From: an uncultured Aliarcobacter sp.
GTDB lineage: Bacteria > Campylobacterota > Campylobacteria > Campylobacterales > Arcobacteraceae
Assembly: GCA_963664305.2 (NCBI GenBank)
Contig: CAXXLV010000002.1
Span: forward strand, 832,001 to 896,000
Direction: 5' to 3'
Length of the DNA: 64,000 bases
Translations under genes and position numbers: made by a program
Shown: positions 31,308 through 42,468 of the stretch, piece after piece
How the letters are laid out: every line of letters begins with the position of its first letter
Numbering within the stretch: the first letter of the stretch is position 1
Notes under the pieces: model-generated
What the model was told of the DNA's origin: nothing
The model's database searches: none
Seen by the model: the letters and a program-made list of their open reading frames with translations, nothing else

Positions 31308-33450
31308 TCTTTTTTCCTATTAATTGATTTAAAACTTCTTCTTTTGGTCCATCTATTAAAATATTTCCTTCATCAATTACAATAATTCTATCTACTAATT
31401 GAAGCATTGAGTTTTTATGAGTTATTAAAATCAAAGTTTTATCCAAAATTTCATTTTTTAAATCATTTATCATTTTAATCTCTGTTGTAGAATCCATACT
31501 ATCAGTTGGTTCATCTAAAAGTAAAGTTGAATATTTTCCAACTATTGCTCTTGCTAAACTTACAGCCTTTTTTTGCCCACCTGAAAGAGTATCTCCTCTT
31601 TCACCAATATTCAAATCAAAACCTAAAGGATGAGAATTTACAAAATCAAGCAATTGTGCTTTTTTTGTAGCTTTTAATAAAGTTCTATCATCTGCATTTG
31701 GATGTTTATATAAAATGTTTTCTTTCAGTGTTCCATTAAATAAAATTGCTTCTTGAGAAACATATGCAAAGTTTTTTCTCACATCTGCTGTTTCAATCTG
31801 TTTTAACTCAACACTATCAACTATTATTTCGCCCTCATTTGCTTCATATAATTTCATCAAAAGTTTTAAAATTGTTGATTTTCCAGAACCCATTTTTCCG
31901 ATAATTGCAACTTTTTCACCCTGTTTTATTTCAAAGGAAATATTGTTTAAGATTTTTTTATTTTCATTATAAAAGAAAGTTACATTTTTAAATTTTATAT
32001 CACCTAAAATCTCTTTTTTGTGAATTGAAGCTCTATTTTCTTCTTTTTCTTCAGGTAGTTTCATAATTTTATCAAGCATTACATAAGAAGCTTTTGCTTG
32101 TTCATAACTACTAATTAATGAAGCAAATTGTCCCATTGGAACTATTGCTCTTGATGATAAAATAACGGCAGCTATTAATCCACCAAGAGTTAAATCATTA
32201 TTTGATATTAAATACACACCAACAATAACAACAACCACTGTAGAAAATTGAACTAAAAAACTATTTACATTTGAAATTGAAGTTGTCAGCATTTTTGTTA
32301 CTAATGCTTTTTTTGAAATATCAGCCGTTGTTTCTTCCCATTTCCATCTAAGATGTCCAGAAGCACCTAATCCTTTTATTGTTTCTAAAGCATTTAAACT
32401 TTCAATTAATATTCCATTTTTATGAGATATTGCTTCATTTGAAGATTCTATACTTTTAAAAAGAGGTTTTTTTATTATTACTGAATAAAGTAAAATTAAA
32501 AAAATGAATAAAATAGGAACTAAAACAATACTTCCAGAGATATAAAAAATAGCAACCAAAAATAAAACTACAAAAGGTAAATCAACTAAAACAGCAATAG
32601 TAGAACTTGAAAAAAAGTTTTTTATCTGTTCAAAATCTTTTATATTATTTGCAAAACTTCCAGTATATTTTGGTTTATTTGAAAGTTTCATATTTAAAAT
32701 TTTGTCAAAAATTTTAGAAGAAACTATAATATCAATCTTTTTTGAAACTAAATCAATATAATAAGCTCTTATAAACTTTACAATAAAATCAAAAATATAA
32801 ATAACAACTATTCCAATAGACATTGCCCAAAGTGTTTCTTGAGCAAAATTTGGAACAACTCTATCATATATATTCATAATATAAAATGGAGAAAATAACA
32901 CAAAAATATTAATCAAAATAGAACTAATTATAATATCTTTATATACAGAGATATTTTTTCTAATTGTTCCAAAAAACCAATGTTTACTATCTTTATTTAA
33001 AGTATATGCTTCAACTTCTGATTCAAAATACTCTTTTTTTAAAACTATTAATTTATTAGCATAGTACTCTTTAAAAAAAGAAAAATCTAATTCCTCTTTA
33101 CAATCAGGCACGTCTTCATTTAAAACTAAAATCTTTTGATTTTCTAAATCTATTTTTTCTATTATTATTGTTGTATCATTTTTTAATATTGCAATTGCAG
33201 GAAGAAGCAAAGGATTTATCTCTTCAAATTTTTTTTCTAAAATTTTTGATTTAAATCCAGCTTTGTGAGCAAGTGAAACTAATAGAGGTTCACCTTTATA
33301 AATTGAAAATAAATCAGGAATTGATTCATCTGCTTTTAGTGGAAACCCTTCTATTAAACTATTTTCACTTATTGTTCTATGATAATTTTTAAAGAAGTAA
33401 AGTAAATTTTTAAATAATGACTCTGATAAAACTCTATTCTCTTTTTCCAT
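31297..33450 (-). CDS. T1SS permease/ATPase
   Basis: IYDRVVPN, GKMGSGKST, LSGGQ, LLLDEPT. Confidence 0.93.
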   Translation of the reverse strand: MEKENRVLSESLFKNLLYFFKNYHRTISENSLIEGFPLKADESIPDLFSIYKGEPLLVSLAHKAGFKSKILEKKFEEINPLLLPAIAILKNDTTIIIEKIDLENQKILVLNEDVPDCKEELDFSFFKEYYANKLIVLKKEYFESEVEAYTLNKDSKHWFFGTIRKNISVYKDIIISSILINIFVLFSPFYIMNIYDRVVPNFAQETLWAMSIGIVVIYIFDFIVKFIRAYYIDLVSKKIDIIVSSKIFDKILNMKLSNKPKYTGSFANNIKDFEQIKNFFSSSTIAVLVDLPFVVLFLVAIFYISGSIVLVPILFIFLILLYSVIIKKPLFKSIESSNEAISHKNGILIESLNALETIKGLGASGHLRWKWEETTADISKKALVTKMLTTSISNVNSFLVQFSTVVVVIVGVYLISNNDLTLGGLIAAVILSSRAIVPMGQFASLISSYEQAKASYVMLDKIMKLPEEKEENRASIHKKEILGDIKFKNVTFFYNENKKILNNISFEIKQGEKVAIIGKMGSGKSTILKLLMKLYEANEGEIIVDSVELKQIETADVRKNFAYVSQEAILFNGTLKENILYKHPNADDRTLLKATKKAQLLDFVNSHPLGFDLNIGERGDTLSGGQKKAVSLARAIVGKYSTLLLDEPTDSMDSTTEIKMINDLKNEILDKTLILITHKNSMLQLVDRIIVIDEGNILIDGPKEEVLNQLIGKKNEK

Positions 33451-33470
33451 CTCTACTTCTTTCTTTTTAA

Positions 33471-34799
33471 TTAATCTACATATTTTTTATTTGAAAGACT
33501 TTTATCTATATCACTAATATAAGATTGATATAAGTCACCTGTTGCATCTAATATTCTATATTTTGAAGTTAAAATATCATATTGATTATTAATTAATTGC
33601 ATTTTAATACTATTAATCTCATCTTGAATATCTAATAAATCTATTAAAGTCACTCTTCCTAACTTAAACTCTTCAAAATATGCTTCTTTACTAGCTTCTG
33701 TATATTTTTGATAATCTTTTTGATAATCTAACTGTTTTGTTAACATTTCATAACTATTCCAAGCTAAATCTAAAGATTCTTTTAAATCTGAAATCAATTT
33801 ATTTTTGTGTGCATATTCATAATTTAAAAGTTTTCTATATTTTTCTTTTTCAGCTGAATCACTACCACCATTATATAGATTATAATTCATTACAATCATA
33901 GCACTATTATCTTGTTCTTTATCATCAGTAGAACTATTTTTATTTACATATCTAGCTGTTTCTAACTCTAAATCGATTGTTGGATAATCTTTTCTTTTTA
34001 CATAACCAATATTCTCTTTTGCAACTTGAATATCATGATTTGAAACGATAATTGAAGGGTTATTTTCAACAGCTGTTTTCATAGCCTCTTCTTTATTTTT
34101 TGGTAATTCATATTTAAATTCTGGAGCTACTAGATTTTGAATATCAATACTTTTTCCTAAAGCTTTTTCAAACTTGATTTTTGCATCTACAAAGTTACTT
34201 TTTGCTGAAATATTATTTGAAATTGCTAAAGATAATCTTCCTTTAACCCTTTCAATTTCACTAACTTTTCCATAACCTTTTTCATATCTTTCTTCAATCT
34301 TTTCTTTTATTTTTTCATGAACTTTGATATTTTCTTCTGTAATTAAATACATATTGTAATATTTAATATAATCAATATAAGATTTAATTGCCTCTTTCAT
34401 CTTTTCTTGAGTTACTTCTAAATATTTGTAATAAGCAGCTTTTACTCTCTCTTCATCTCTATTTGTTGCATGTTCTGTCCCAAAACCATTAAAAAGATTT
34501 TGAGTTAATTTTAAAGAAGCTTCAGAAGCATCATAATTATCTTTAGCAGTTGGGTCCCAAGTTTTTGTATCTTTTTTACCTGATTTTGCAGTTAAATCAA
34601 GTGTTGGTAAGTATCCTGATTTTGACATATCAACTTCATGAACTATAGATTCATACTGGTGTAATCTTTCTTGAACAGCAGGGTCATTTTGGATTACTTC
34701 ATTTAACATTTCATCTAATGTAAATCTATCATTTGCATTTGCACATGAAACTAATAATGATGCTAAAACTATACTTTTTAAAAATTTTTTATTAAACAT
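33471..34799 (-). CDS. TolC-family outer-membrane protein
   Basis: signal peptide, LTQNLFNGF, GRVTLIDLL. Confidence 0.9.
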   Translation of the reverse strand: MFNKKFLKSIVLASLLVSCANANDRFTLDEMLNEVIQNDPAVQERLHQYESIVHEVDMSKSGYLPTLDLTAKSGKKDTKTWDPTAKDNYDASEASLKLTQNLFNGFGTEHATNRDEERVKAAYYKYLEVTQEKMKEAIKSYIDYIKYYNMYLITEENIKVHEKIKEKIEERYEKGYGKVSEIERVKGRLSLAISNNISAKSNFVDAKIKFEKALGKSIDIQNLVAPEFKYELPKNKEEAMKTAVENNPSIIVSNHDIQVAKENIGYVKRKDYPTIDLELETARYVNKNSSTDDKEQDNSAMIVMNYNLYNGGSDSAEKEKYRKLLNYEYAHKNKLISDLKESLDLAWNSYEMLTKQLDYQKDYQKYTEASKEAYFEEFKLGRVTLIDLLDIQDEINSIKMQLINNQYDILTSKYRILDATGDLYQSYISDIDKSLSNKKYVD

Positions 34800-34821
34800 T
34801 TTATTTTCCTTTTTTTATTTC

Positions 34822-37800
34822 TTAAATTAAACCACTAACTGTGATATCTTTATCAATTTTTAAAGACACTGAATTATCACCACTATTTACGTAAGTTTTA
34901 AACCCTTCTGTATCTATATTTCCATTTGTTGACCAATTTCCACCTGTATTATCTAAACTTACTGTATCCCCTGTATCTCCAAGTATTTTTAATAAATTAT
35001 TACTACTTGTAATATCAATTACATCTTGAAATGCTATATTTGACAAATCATTTGTAGCAGATGAATTTGTCATATCTATCTCTTCTATATTATTAATATC
35101 ATTTGTGTATGTTGCAAAATCTATATCAATTCCAGCATCTAAAATTAAAGTATCAGTTCCTGTTCCTCCATCAATAACTTTGTCAGTTGAATCAAAAACT
35201 ATTTTGCTATCTAATTCATAATCCAATGAAGTATTAACTGTTCCATTTCCAACTGTAATTGTTGTTAAACCACTATCATTATCACCATCTGCATCAGTAA
35301 TATCATAAGCATATTTCATCTCAAAAGTATCGTTATAATTTATACTTCCAATTGATTCAATTCCTAATTTAAATGAACTATTATTCCCTGCTAAAAATTC
35401 AACTCCAATAATTGGGTCACCATTTGAACTTCTAACTGTATATTCTAAATCAGGAGTATAAAAGCTATCATCTGTAAGAAGAATATTTTCTCTTCCATTT
35501 GTTGTAATAACAGTGATAAATAACTCATCTCCAGATTTTTCACTTCCAAAGTTGAATAATTTTATATTTATTTCTGAAATTTCATTTTTAGTTGTAGTAA
35601 TTCCATCATAAGTAGCTATTGTATTAAAATCAAAAATTAGTTGTTGACCAGCATTCATATTATTACTATCAACACCGATATAATAATTATTTGTGTTTAC
35701 AGTATGCTCTGCATCACTATCATTTAAATCACTTAAACTATCTTCTATTAAATTATGTGCTGTTACTAAAGCATCTACAACTACTGTTGAGTTAGTAGAA
35801 GATTGAGTGAATTGGAAAATTCTATAATCTTGATTTCCACCACCTGGTAATAAAATATCACCATCAATCATATTTACAACTCCAAGAAGTGTACTTCCTT
35901 GTGTATAGTTTAATGTTGTTCCATTTGAATCAGCCATAGTAATAGTTGTTTTAAAGATTTCTGTAGTTCCATTATCAATAGTTCCTGTTACAGTGTGATT
36001 TACATTATCATAAGTGATAACTACTTTTTGACCATTTGCATAAAGTTCTGGAATTCTTGTATTTGCAACATCCCAAGAAAATAGATTTGTACCATCACCA
36101 TAAGTTGTTGATATATTACTTCCATTTGTATTTACATTTCCATTTGTAACATGTAAAGTTTGATCTCCAATTAATGGTAATAGATTTGTATTATTAATAG
36201 TTACAGAATCTGTTGCATTTGGTGATGTTGAAGTTCCATCTATAGAATGTACAGTTGATGTTAAAGTAAAATTTGTTGATGTTGTAGTTATCTTTAATCC
36301 ACTTAATTGAGCTTGAGTAAATGTCCAAGTTCCATCATTATTATTTGTACCTTGATTAAATGTAGCACCAGTTGGAACTCCCGAAATAGTAACACTACTT
36401 AATGTTTCTGAACCATCAATATCTACAAGAGAATTAGAGATATTTACATCATATGTATAATTATTACTAGAATTTGATATTAAAGAAACATCATCTATTT
36501 TTATACTATTTCCTGTAAATACCAATGCATTGTAAGTTGTATCACTTCCTATTGTTGCACTTGCAGGTATAGTGAAAGTATAAGTTCCAGCAGATAATCC
36601 ACTTGCAATCACAACTTCAGTAGCTCCATTTGCAATATTTCCTATCCATGAAACTTTACCATCAGTTCCTGTTCCAGTTATTGTAAAAGTTACACTATAA
36701 GTTGCATTATCTTGAGCTAAAGGAACTCTAACATTTTGAATCATCCATTCGCCACTCAAAGATACACTTTTATCTGTCCCACTATCAACAACTTGAGTTA
36801 ATGTTTTATCTTGTGATGCTGTAATAGATTTTCCTGAATTTCCTGGAGATTGTTTCCCATACCAATTACCATCTGTTCCATTATTAGTACTTAAAGCAGA
36901 ATCTAAATTACCATTTATAAGTATATTTGTTCCTGTTGATAAAACTTTGTTACTTAAATTTATATTTATTATTGGCGTATCAGCATTTGCATTAACTGTT
37001 ACATTTGCAGTTCCTACAATTTCTAATCCACTTGCAACATTTGTTTTAATATATGTGAAACTATCACTTCCTGAAAAATCATTAGTTGGAGTATAAATCA
37101 AATTATTTCCACTTTGTGTAACTGTTCCATTTAAACCTTGACCTAAAATTGTATATGTATATTCAGATGTTGCAGTTAATGTAACACTATTTGATTGAGC
37201 AGAAAGATTAGTATCATCTCCATCTTCATAAACAGTTAAATTTACTTTATCTACTATTGTTGTAGTTGTTGATACATTTTTTGTTGATATTCCAGTATCT
37301 GTTGTTGATGCAATTAATGTAACCGTTTCATCTGGTTCTGTTGTATTATCATTTGTTGTTTGAGTTCTTATCAATACTGATGGAGTTGTTGTTAAACTTC
37401 CTGGTATTGTTACTGTAAAATTAGAAATTGTTTGCCAAGTTAATCCATCATCAGTTGAATATTCATAATTTTGAGAATAATCCACACCCCAACTTGCAGT
37501 TCCTGCTCCATTTAAAGTAACAATGGTATCTGTTGATTTTGGTGAACTTAAACTTAATTCAAATACTGCATAATCACCTTCATTTATATAAGGTTTTGTA
37601 TCTATTACTAAAGATGGATAATCATTTATTGTTGTACTTCCAGTTGCAGTTATATTTGCCATATCTGCATTTGAACCACCATTGATAGTTGCAGTCAAAG
37701 TTAAAGATTCTGCATCATCAGCAATACTATCAGTTAAAGTTTTTACTTTTATTTCAACAGAAGTTTGTCCTTGTAATAATGTAATTTTATTACTTGTAAC

Positions 37801-40767
37801 AACTTCCCAACTCCAACTTTGTCCATCATTTGCCCATTTTTTATAATATAAAGTATTGTCATAATCAGTTGAAGAATCAACTCCACCAATATTTAAATCT
37901 AATATTGTATTTTCATTTCTTGCTTCATCTAAACTAATAACAAATACAGCTGATTTTCCTTCATCAACAGGAAGTGGATTTGACACATTTAATGTATTTC
38001 CTATATCATAAGTAATTGTATTTGCATCATCGTCATAAGCTGTTCCATCATTAACTAAAAATTGGAAATTTGCATAAGGGATTCCAACTTCATTTGTGTC
38101 TGGTTTAAATACTAAATAACCATTATCAATAGCAGTTTTTGTGATTTCTTGATCTGTACTTACTTCAGTCCAAGAAGTTCCATCAAAATATAATAATTTC
38201 CCATTTGTTGCTAAAGATGTAATTTTTACTTTTGATAAACTATCTCCATCAACATCAGTAAATCCAAAATCACTTGAAGATAAAACATGAGTAGAATTTT
38301 TACCTAAAGATACTGTTTTATCAGCACCTTCTGGAATAGTGTTTGATTCTTTGATAGTTCCAATAGCTGTACCATCTAAAATAGAGCTTCCCGCTGAGTT
38401 ATTACTCAAAGTTACAGTAAATGTATCAATATCATTATCTGCATCAACAGGTACATTTAAAATAATTGTTTTATTTGTTTCACCTGGTAAAAAAGTAATA
38501 GTTCCACTTAATTGATTTGTACCTGCTGTAAAATCTCCACTTTCTGCACTATTTCCTGTTTCAATAGTAGCTGCATAATCTACTGTTTGATTAGCTTCTG
38601 CATCACCTATTCTTGAAACTACAAATGTAATAGTATTACTTGCACCTTCATATGCTTCTGCATCTGAAATTGAAAATTTAGTTCTATCATCATCTACAGA
38701 ACTATCACTATCATCTCCATCTGTCCCTGTTCCATTATCTGTGATTGTCCCTATTGCTGTATCTGAATCAGTAATGTAAGAAGAAGTAGCATTTGCAGAA
38801 AGAGTAAAAGTTTCGGCACCTTCGTAAATAGAATCACTAGTAGTTGGGATATTTACATTAAAGCTTGTTATTCCTGCTGGCAATGTAAATTTACCATTTA
38901 CATCTACACTTAGTGTTTGTGTTACATTTAATGAATCTACATATGTTACTGTCCAACTTGTTTTTGTTTGACTAAAATCATTATTCTCTGCACTTCCCAA
39001 ACTTGTGCTTAATGTTATCTCTTCTGCGTATTCACTTGCATTTGACAATGTCCCTACGAATACTAGTGTACTTCCTTCTTCTATTGTTGCATCACTCAAT
39101 GTTAATACTGGTTTATCATTATCCACAGAACTATCACTATCATCTCCATCTGTCCCTGTTCCATTATCTGTGATTGTCCCTATTGCTGTATCTGAATCAG
39201 TAATGTAAGAAGAAGTAGCATTAGCAGAAAGAGTAAAAGTTTCGGCACCTTCGTAAATAGAATCACTAGTAGTTGGAATATTTACATTAAAGCTTGTTAT
39301 TCCTGCTGGCAGTGTAAATTTACCATTTACATCTACACTTAATGTTTGTGTTACATTTAATGAATCTACATATGTTACTGTCCAACTTGTTTTTGTTTGA
39401 CTAAAATCATTACTCTCTGCACTTCCCAAACTTGTGCTTAATGTTATCTCTTCTGCGTATTCACTTGCATTTGACAATGTACCTACGAATACTATTGTAC
39501 TTCCCTCTTCCATTGTCGCATCACTCAATGTTAATACTGGTTTATCATTATCTACAGAATTATCACTATCATCTCCATCACTTCCACTTCCATTATCTGT
39601 GATTGTCCCTATTGCTGTATCTGAATCAGTAATGTAAGAAGAAGTAGCATTAGCAGAAAGAGTAAAAGTTTCGGCACCTTCGTAAATAGAATCACTAGTA
39701 GTTGGAATATTTACATTAAAGCTTGTTATTCCTGCTGGCAGTGTAAATTTACCATTTACATCTACACTTAATGTTTGTGTTACATTTAATGAATCTACAT
39801 ATGTTACTGTCCAACTTGTTTTTGTTTGACTAAAATCATTACTCTCTGCACTTCCCAAACTTGTGCTTAATGTTATCTCTTCTGCGTATTCACTTGCATT
39901 TGACAATGTACCTTCGAATACTATTGTACTTCCTTCTTCTATTGTTGCATCACTCAATGTTAATACTGGTTTATCATCATCTACAATTGTTCCAACACCT
40001 GAAACTGTTGAATTCATAAACTCTGTTTTCCCATTTAATCTAAATGTTTCATTTCCTTCAACATGCGTGTCATTAGTTGTCCCAATTTCAACTTTTAATG
40101 ATGTTTCACCAGTTGGAACTGTATAACTACCATCACTATTTTTATTAATTACATTACCTTTGGAATCTTTAACAATTATATTTGGATTTATATCAGTAGA
40201 ATCTGCTGTTTCATTTGTAGTCGGGAAAAAGTTAACTTTAAATGGTTTATTAGAAGCTTTATCAAAATTTACAGTAAATATTGCTGTATTTCCTTCTGTT
40301 ACTGTAACATTTGATATAGACATAGTTGTTTTTATAACTTCTTCAACTTGTGTTGGTTTAGTCTCTGTTCTAGGCTTTTCATCTTTATATTCATAAATAG
40401 TTTCTCTTAAATCCGCTTCAACATTACCTTCTAAGTTGTTTTTTTCAACAATCCTTGATTGTGTAGCATCAGACATAGGATTTCTTAAACTAGCATTTAC
40501 ATCACCATCTAAATCATTTTTTCTAACAATTCTAACTTTTAATGCATCATTATTACTTGTTGTACTAATTGTTGAATCATTTTGGGAAGCTTGATTATCA
40601 ATTTGCGTTTTTTGTTCATCATTTGTTTTTTCTAACGATGTTATATTTACATTATTTTCTAATTCATCAATCTGTGTTAAAAATTGTTGAATTTCCATTA
40701 AAATTTCATTATTTGGCATGTTTTGAGCTATTGTTTTATTTGATAATTCTTCTTGATTCTCAAGCAT
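34822..40767 (-). CDS. large T1SS-secreted adhesin with Calx-beta / Ig-like repeats
   Basis: Thr/Asp/Asn-rich, EGAETFTL...AIGTITDN repeats, C-terminal DGGTGTDTL and NIEEIDM...LKILGD secretion-type tail; adjacent to T1SS genes. Confidence 0.88.
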   Translation of the reverse strand: MLENQEELSNKTIAQNMPNNEILMEIQQFLTQIDELENNVNITSLEKTNDEQKTQIDNQASQNDSTISTTSNNDALKVRIVRKNDLDGDVNASLRNPMSDATQSRIVEKNNLEGNVEADLRETIYEYKDEKPRTETKPTQVEEVIKTTMSISNVTVTEGNTAIFTVNFDKASNKPFKVNFFPTTNETADSTDINPNIIVKDSKGNVINKNSDGSYTVPTGETSLKVEIGTTNDTHVEGNETFRLNGKTEFMNSTVSGVGTIVDDDKPVLTLSDATIEEGSTIVFEGTLSNASEYAEEITLSTSLGSAESNDFSQTKTSWTVTYVDSLNVTQTLSVDVNGKFTLPAGITSFNVNIPTTSDSIYEGAETFTLSANATSSYITDSDTAIGTITDNGSGSDGDDSDNSVDNDKPVLTLSDATMEEGSTIVFVGTLSNASEYAEEITLSTSLGSAESNDFSQTKTSWTVTYVDSLNVTQTLSVDVNGKFTLPAGITSFNVNIPTTSDSIYEGAETFTLSANATSSYITDSDTAIGTITDNGTGTDGDDSDSSVDNDKPVLTLSDATIEEGSTLVFVGTLSNASEYAEEITLSTSLGSAENNDFSQTKTSWTVTYVDSLNVTQTLSVDVNGKFTLPAGITSFNVNIPTTSDSIYEGAETFTLSANATSSYITDSDTAIGTITDNGTGTDGDDSDSSVDDDRTKFSISDAEAYEGASNTITFVVSRIGDAEANQTVDYAATIETGNSAESGDFTAGTNQLSGTITFLPGETNKTIILNVPVDADNDIDTFTVTLSNNSAGSSILDGTAIGTIKESNTIPEGADKTVSLGKNSTHVLSSSDFGFTDVDGDSLSKVKITSLATNGKLLYFDGTSWTEVSTDQEITKTAIDNGYLVFKPDTNEVGIPYANFQFLVNDGTAYDDDANTITYDIGNTLNVSNPLPVDEGKSAVFVISLDEARNENTILDLNIGGVDSSTDYDNTLYYKKWANDGQSWSWEVVTSNKITLLQGQTSVEIKVKTLTDSIADDAESLTLTATINGGSNADMANITATGSTTINDYPSLVIDTKPYINEGDYAVFELSLSSPKSTDTIVTLNGAGTASWGVDYSQNYEYSTDDGLTWQTISNFTVTIPGSLTTTPSVLIRTQTTNDNTTEPDETVTLIASTTDTGISTKNVSTTTTIVDKVNLTVYEDGDDTNLSAQSNSVTLTATSEYTYTILGQGLNGTVTQSGNNLIYTPTNDFSGSDSFTYIKTNVASGLEIVGTANVTVNANADTPIININLSNKVLSTGTNILINGNLDSALSTNNGTDGNWYGKQSPGNSGKSITASQDKTLTQVVDSGTDKSVSLSGEWMIQNVRVPLAQDNATYSVTFTITGTGTDGKVSWIGNIANGATEVVIASGLSAGTYTFTIPASATIGSDTTYNALVFTGNSIKIDDVSLISNSSNNYTYDVNISNSLVDIDGSETLSSVTISGVPTGATFNQGTNNNDGTWTFTQAQLSGLKITTTSTNFTLTSTVHSIDGTSTSPNATDSVTINNTNLLPLIGDQTLHVTNGNVNTNGSNISTTYGDGTNLFSWDVANTRIPELYANGQKVVITYDNVNHTVTGTIDNGTTEIFKTTITMADSNGTTLNYTQGSTLLGVVNMIDGDILLPGGGNQDYRIFQFTQSSTNSTVVVDALVTAHNLIEDSLSDLNDSDAEHTVNTNNYYIGVDSNNMNAGQQLIFDFNTIATYDGITTTKNEISEINIKLFNFGSEKSGDELFITVITTNGRENILLTDDSFYTPDLEYTVRSSNGDPIIGVEFLAGNNSSFKLGIESIGSINYNDTFEMKYAYDITDADGDNDSGLTTITVGNGTVNTSLDYELDSKIVFDSTDKVIDGGTGTDTLILDAGIDIDFATYTNDINNIEEIDMTNSSATNDLSNIAFQDVIDITSSNNLLKILGDTGDTVSLDNTGGNWSTNGNIDTEGFKTYVNSGDNSVSLKIDKDITVSGLI
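38689..39975 (-). repeat. three near-identical 429-bp (143-aa) tandem repeats in the adhesin
   Basis: DKPVLTLSDAT...GDDSD unit three times; shadow ORFs recur at 39005, 39434, 39863 (period 429). Confidence 0.95.
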
Positions 40768-41101
40768 TATTTAACCCTTTATTTATTTTTATGATTATAA
40801 TTTAGAACAGTATTATAAAAATATCATTTTTTAGAAAAAACATATCAGATAGATACATATTGACCGTTATAATTTGGCGCGAATATATCTTAAAGTAAAT
40901 AACTAATTTACTTATTTTATTAACAAATTTTATTGGGGATAAAATAGATGGTTTTTAGTAGATTTATAGTTATATTTATAGAATAAAATAATTTGTAATT
41001 CGAATAAATTTTAATATCAAAAAATATAAATTTTTGATTTATATTAAAAATAAAAGATTTTTTATAGTTGAGATTTTGTTTATATTTTTAAATGTATAAT
41101 G

Positions 41102-41148
41102 ATGGCGACCCCAGCAAGATTCGAACTTGCGTGTTCTGGAGGAAATCC
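41102..41148 (-). repeat. att site: displaced 3' part of the tRNA gene
   Basis: ATGGCGACCCCAGCAAGATTCGAACTTGCGTGTTCTGGAGGAAATCC identical to 62950-62996. Confidence 0.96.
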
Positions 41149-41270
41149 TAAACTATAAATATTTCCAATAATCCTTAAATATTAAAATACTCAATAAATA
41201 GCCTATTTATAGGCTTTATGTAAACTTGACAAATTCAAATAATCTCTATAAAATTCAATATTATTATTCT

Positions 41271-41291
41271 AAGGTGGGAAATAAGTGGGAA
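41271..41291 (+). repeat. putative integrase arm-binding site overlapping the int start codon
   Basis: AAGGTGGGAAATAAGTGGGAA identical to 62879-62899. Confidence 0.7.
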
Positions 41292-42418
41292 ATATTGAAG
41301 CTAAAACAATCAATTATTCTAAAAGATTTAATACCAAATTTAATGGTGTGTTTTATAGAGAATCTATAACAAATGATAAACTAGATAAAACATATTATAT
41401 CAGATACAAAGATAAAGACAATAAAGATAAAGAAATAAAAATAGGCAAATATTCTGAGGGATTTAGAGAAAATTATTGTAATCAATTAAGAAATGAAATT
41501 ATAACAAAACAAAGAATTGGTGAAGAGCCTCCTGCTGCTGCAAGAAATAAAAGAAAAAAAATATTATCAATAGAAACTATTTCAGAAAACTATTTTTCTG
41601 AAAGAAAAGAGGGACAAAATAAAGGGACAGATAAATCAAATTTTAAAAACTATATTCTACCCTACTTTAAGAATCTTGATTTTGAAAACATATCTAAAGA
41701 TGATATACAAGTATTTACAAATCAATTAAAGAAAACAAAATCATTAATAAAAAAAGACCTTATTTCAGATAAAACAATAAACAATATTTTAAACTTTTTA
41801 AAAGCTCTGATTAAATACGCATTTAGAAATGACTATATCAAAAATGATTTTTCAAAATATATTCAATTATTAGAGATAGATAATGCTCGAGAAAGATTTT
41901 TAACTAAAGATGAGATAAAACAGTTATTTGAATATTCGAAAGATGATGAGACCCTTTATTTACTCTTTAAACTAGCATTAAATACTGGAGGAAGATTAGC
42001 AACACTATTAAATATCCATAAAAAAGATATTGATTTTACACATGATTTAATAACACTAAAAGACTTCAAAAATAATAGTACATATAAAGCTTTTTTAACT
42101 GATGATTTAAAAGAGCTTCTAGAGAAAAGAGTAAATTCTTTAAAACCAAATGATATGCTTTTTACATCAAATCCAGAAAGAAGATTAAGAGCTAAACTAG
42201 ATGAACTTTTTAACAAAGATATCAATGACAACGATAGAAAAAATAAAATTGTATTTCACTCTTTAAGACATACTTTTGCGAGTCATTTAGCTATTAATGG
42301 AACACCTATTTTCACAATTCAAAAACTTATGAATCATAAAGATATAAGAATGACTTTGAGATATGCTAAATTAAGTCCTGATAGTGGTAGAGAAGCTGTT
42401 AAGAACTTAAGATTATAA
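41285..42418 (+). CDS. tyrosine recombinase (integrase)
   Basis: TGGR, FHSLRHTFAS, MNHKD, RYA catalytic set; adjacent to att. Confidence 0.95.
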   Translation: MGNIEAKTINYSKRFNTKFNGVFYRESITNDKLDKTYYIRYKDKDNKDKEIKIGKYSEGFRENYCNQLRNEIITKQRIGEEPPAAARNKRKKILSIETISENYFSERKEGQNKGTDKSNFKNYILPYFKNLDFENISKDDIQVFTNQLKKTKSLIKKDLISDKTINNILNFLKALIKYAFRNDYIKNDFSKYIQLLEIDNARERFLTKDEIKQLFEYSKDDETLYLLFKLALNTGGRLATLLNIHKKDIDFTHDLITLKDFKNNSTYKAFLTDDLKELLEKRVNSLKPNDMLFTSNPERRLRAKLDELFNKDINDNDRKNKIVFHSLRHTFASHLAINGTPIFTIQKLMNHKDIRMTLRYAKLSPDSGREAVKNLRL

Positions 42419-42468
42419 ACTATAAAAAAGAATAAATTTAAAATTTATCTTTTAAATTAATTATTCTT

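Noticed and set aside
38689..39975. Tandem repeats considered as a CRISPR array
   Set aside because: 429-bp in-frame coding repeats with no spacers; no cas genes or CRISPR array seen anywhere in the window
2277..40805. Short ORFs in the track overlapping long genes (e.g. 2277, 4814, 6835, 10458, 12179, 18564, 23403, 39005-40396, 40569)
   Set aside because: Shadow frames of well-supported genes, with no RBS or motif support
40874..40890. TTGGCGCG as a possible sigma54 promoter
   Set aside because: No TTGC at the -12 position and it points away from the adhesin gene
41103..41148. Second tRNA gene
   Set aside because: Only the 3' 46 nt are present; it is the att duplication
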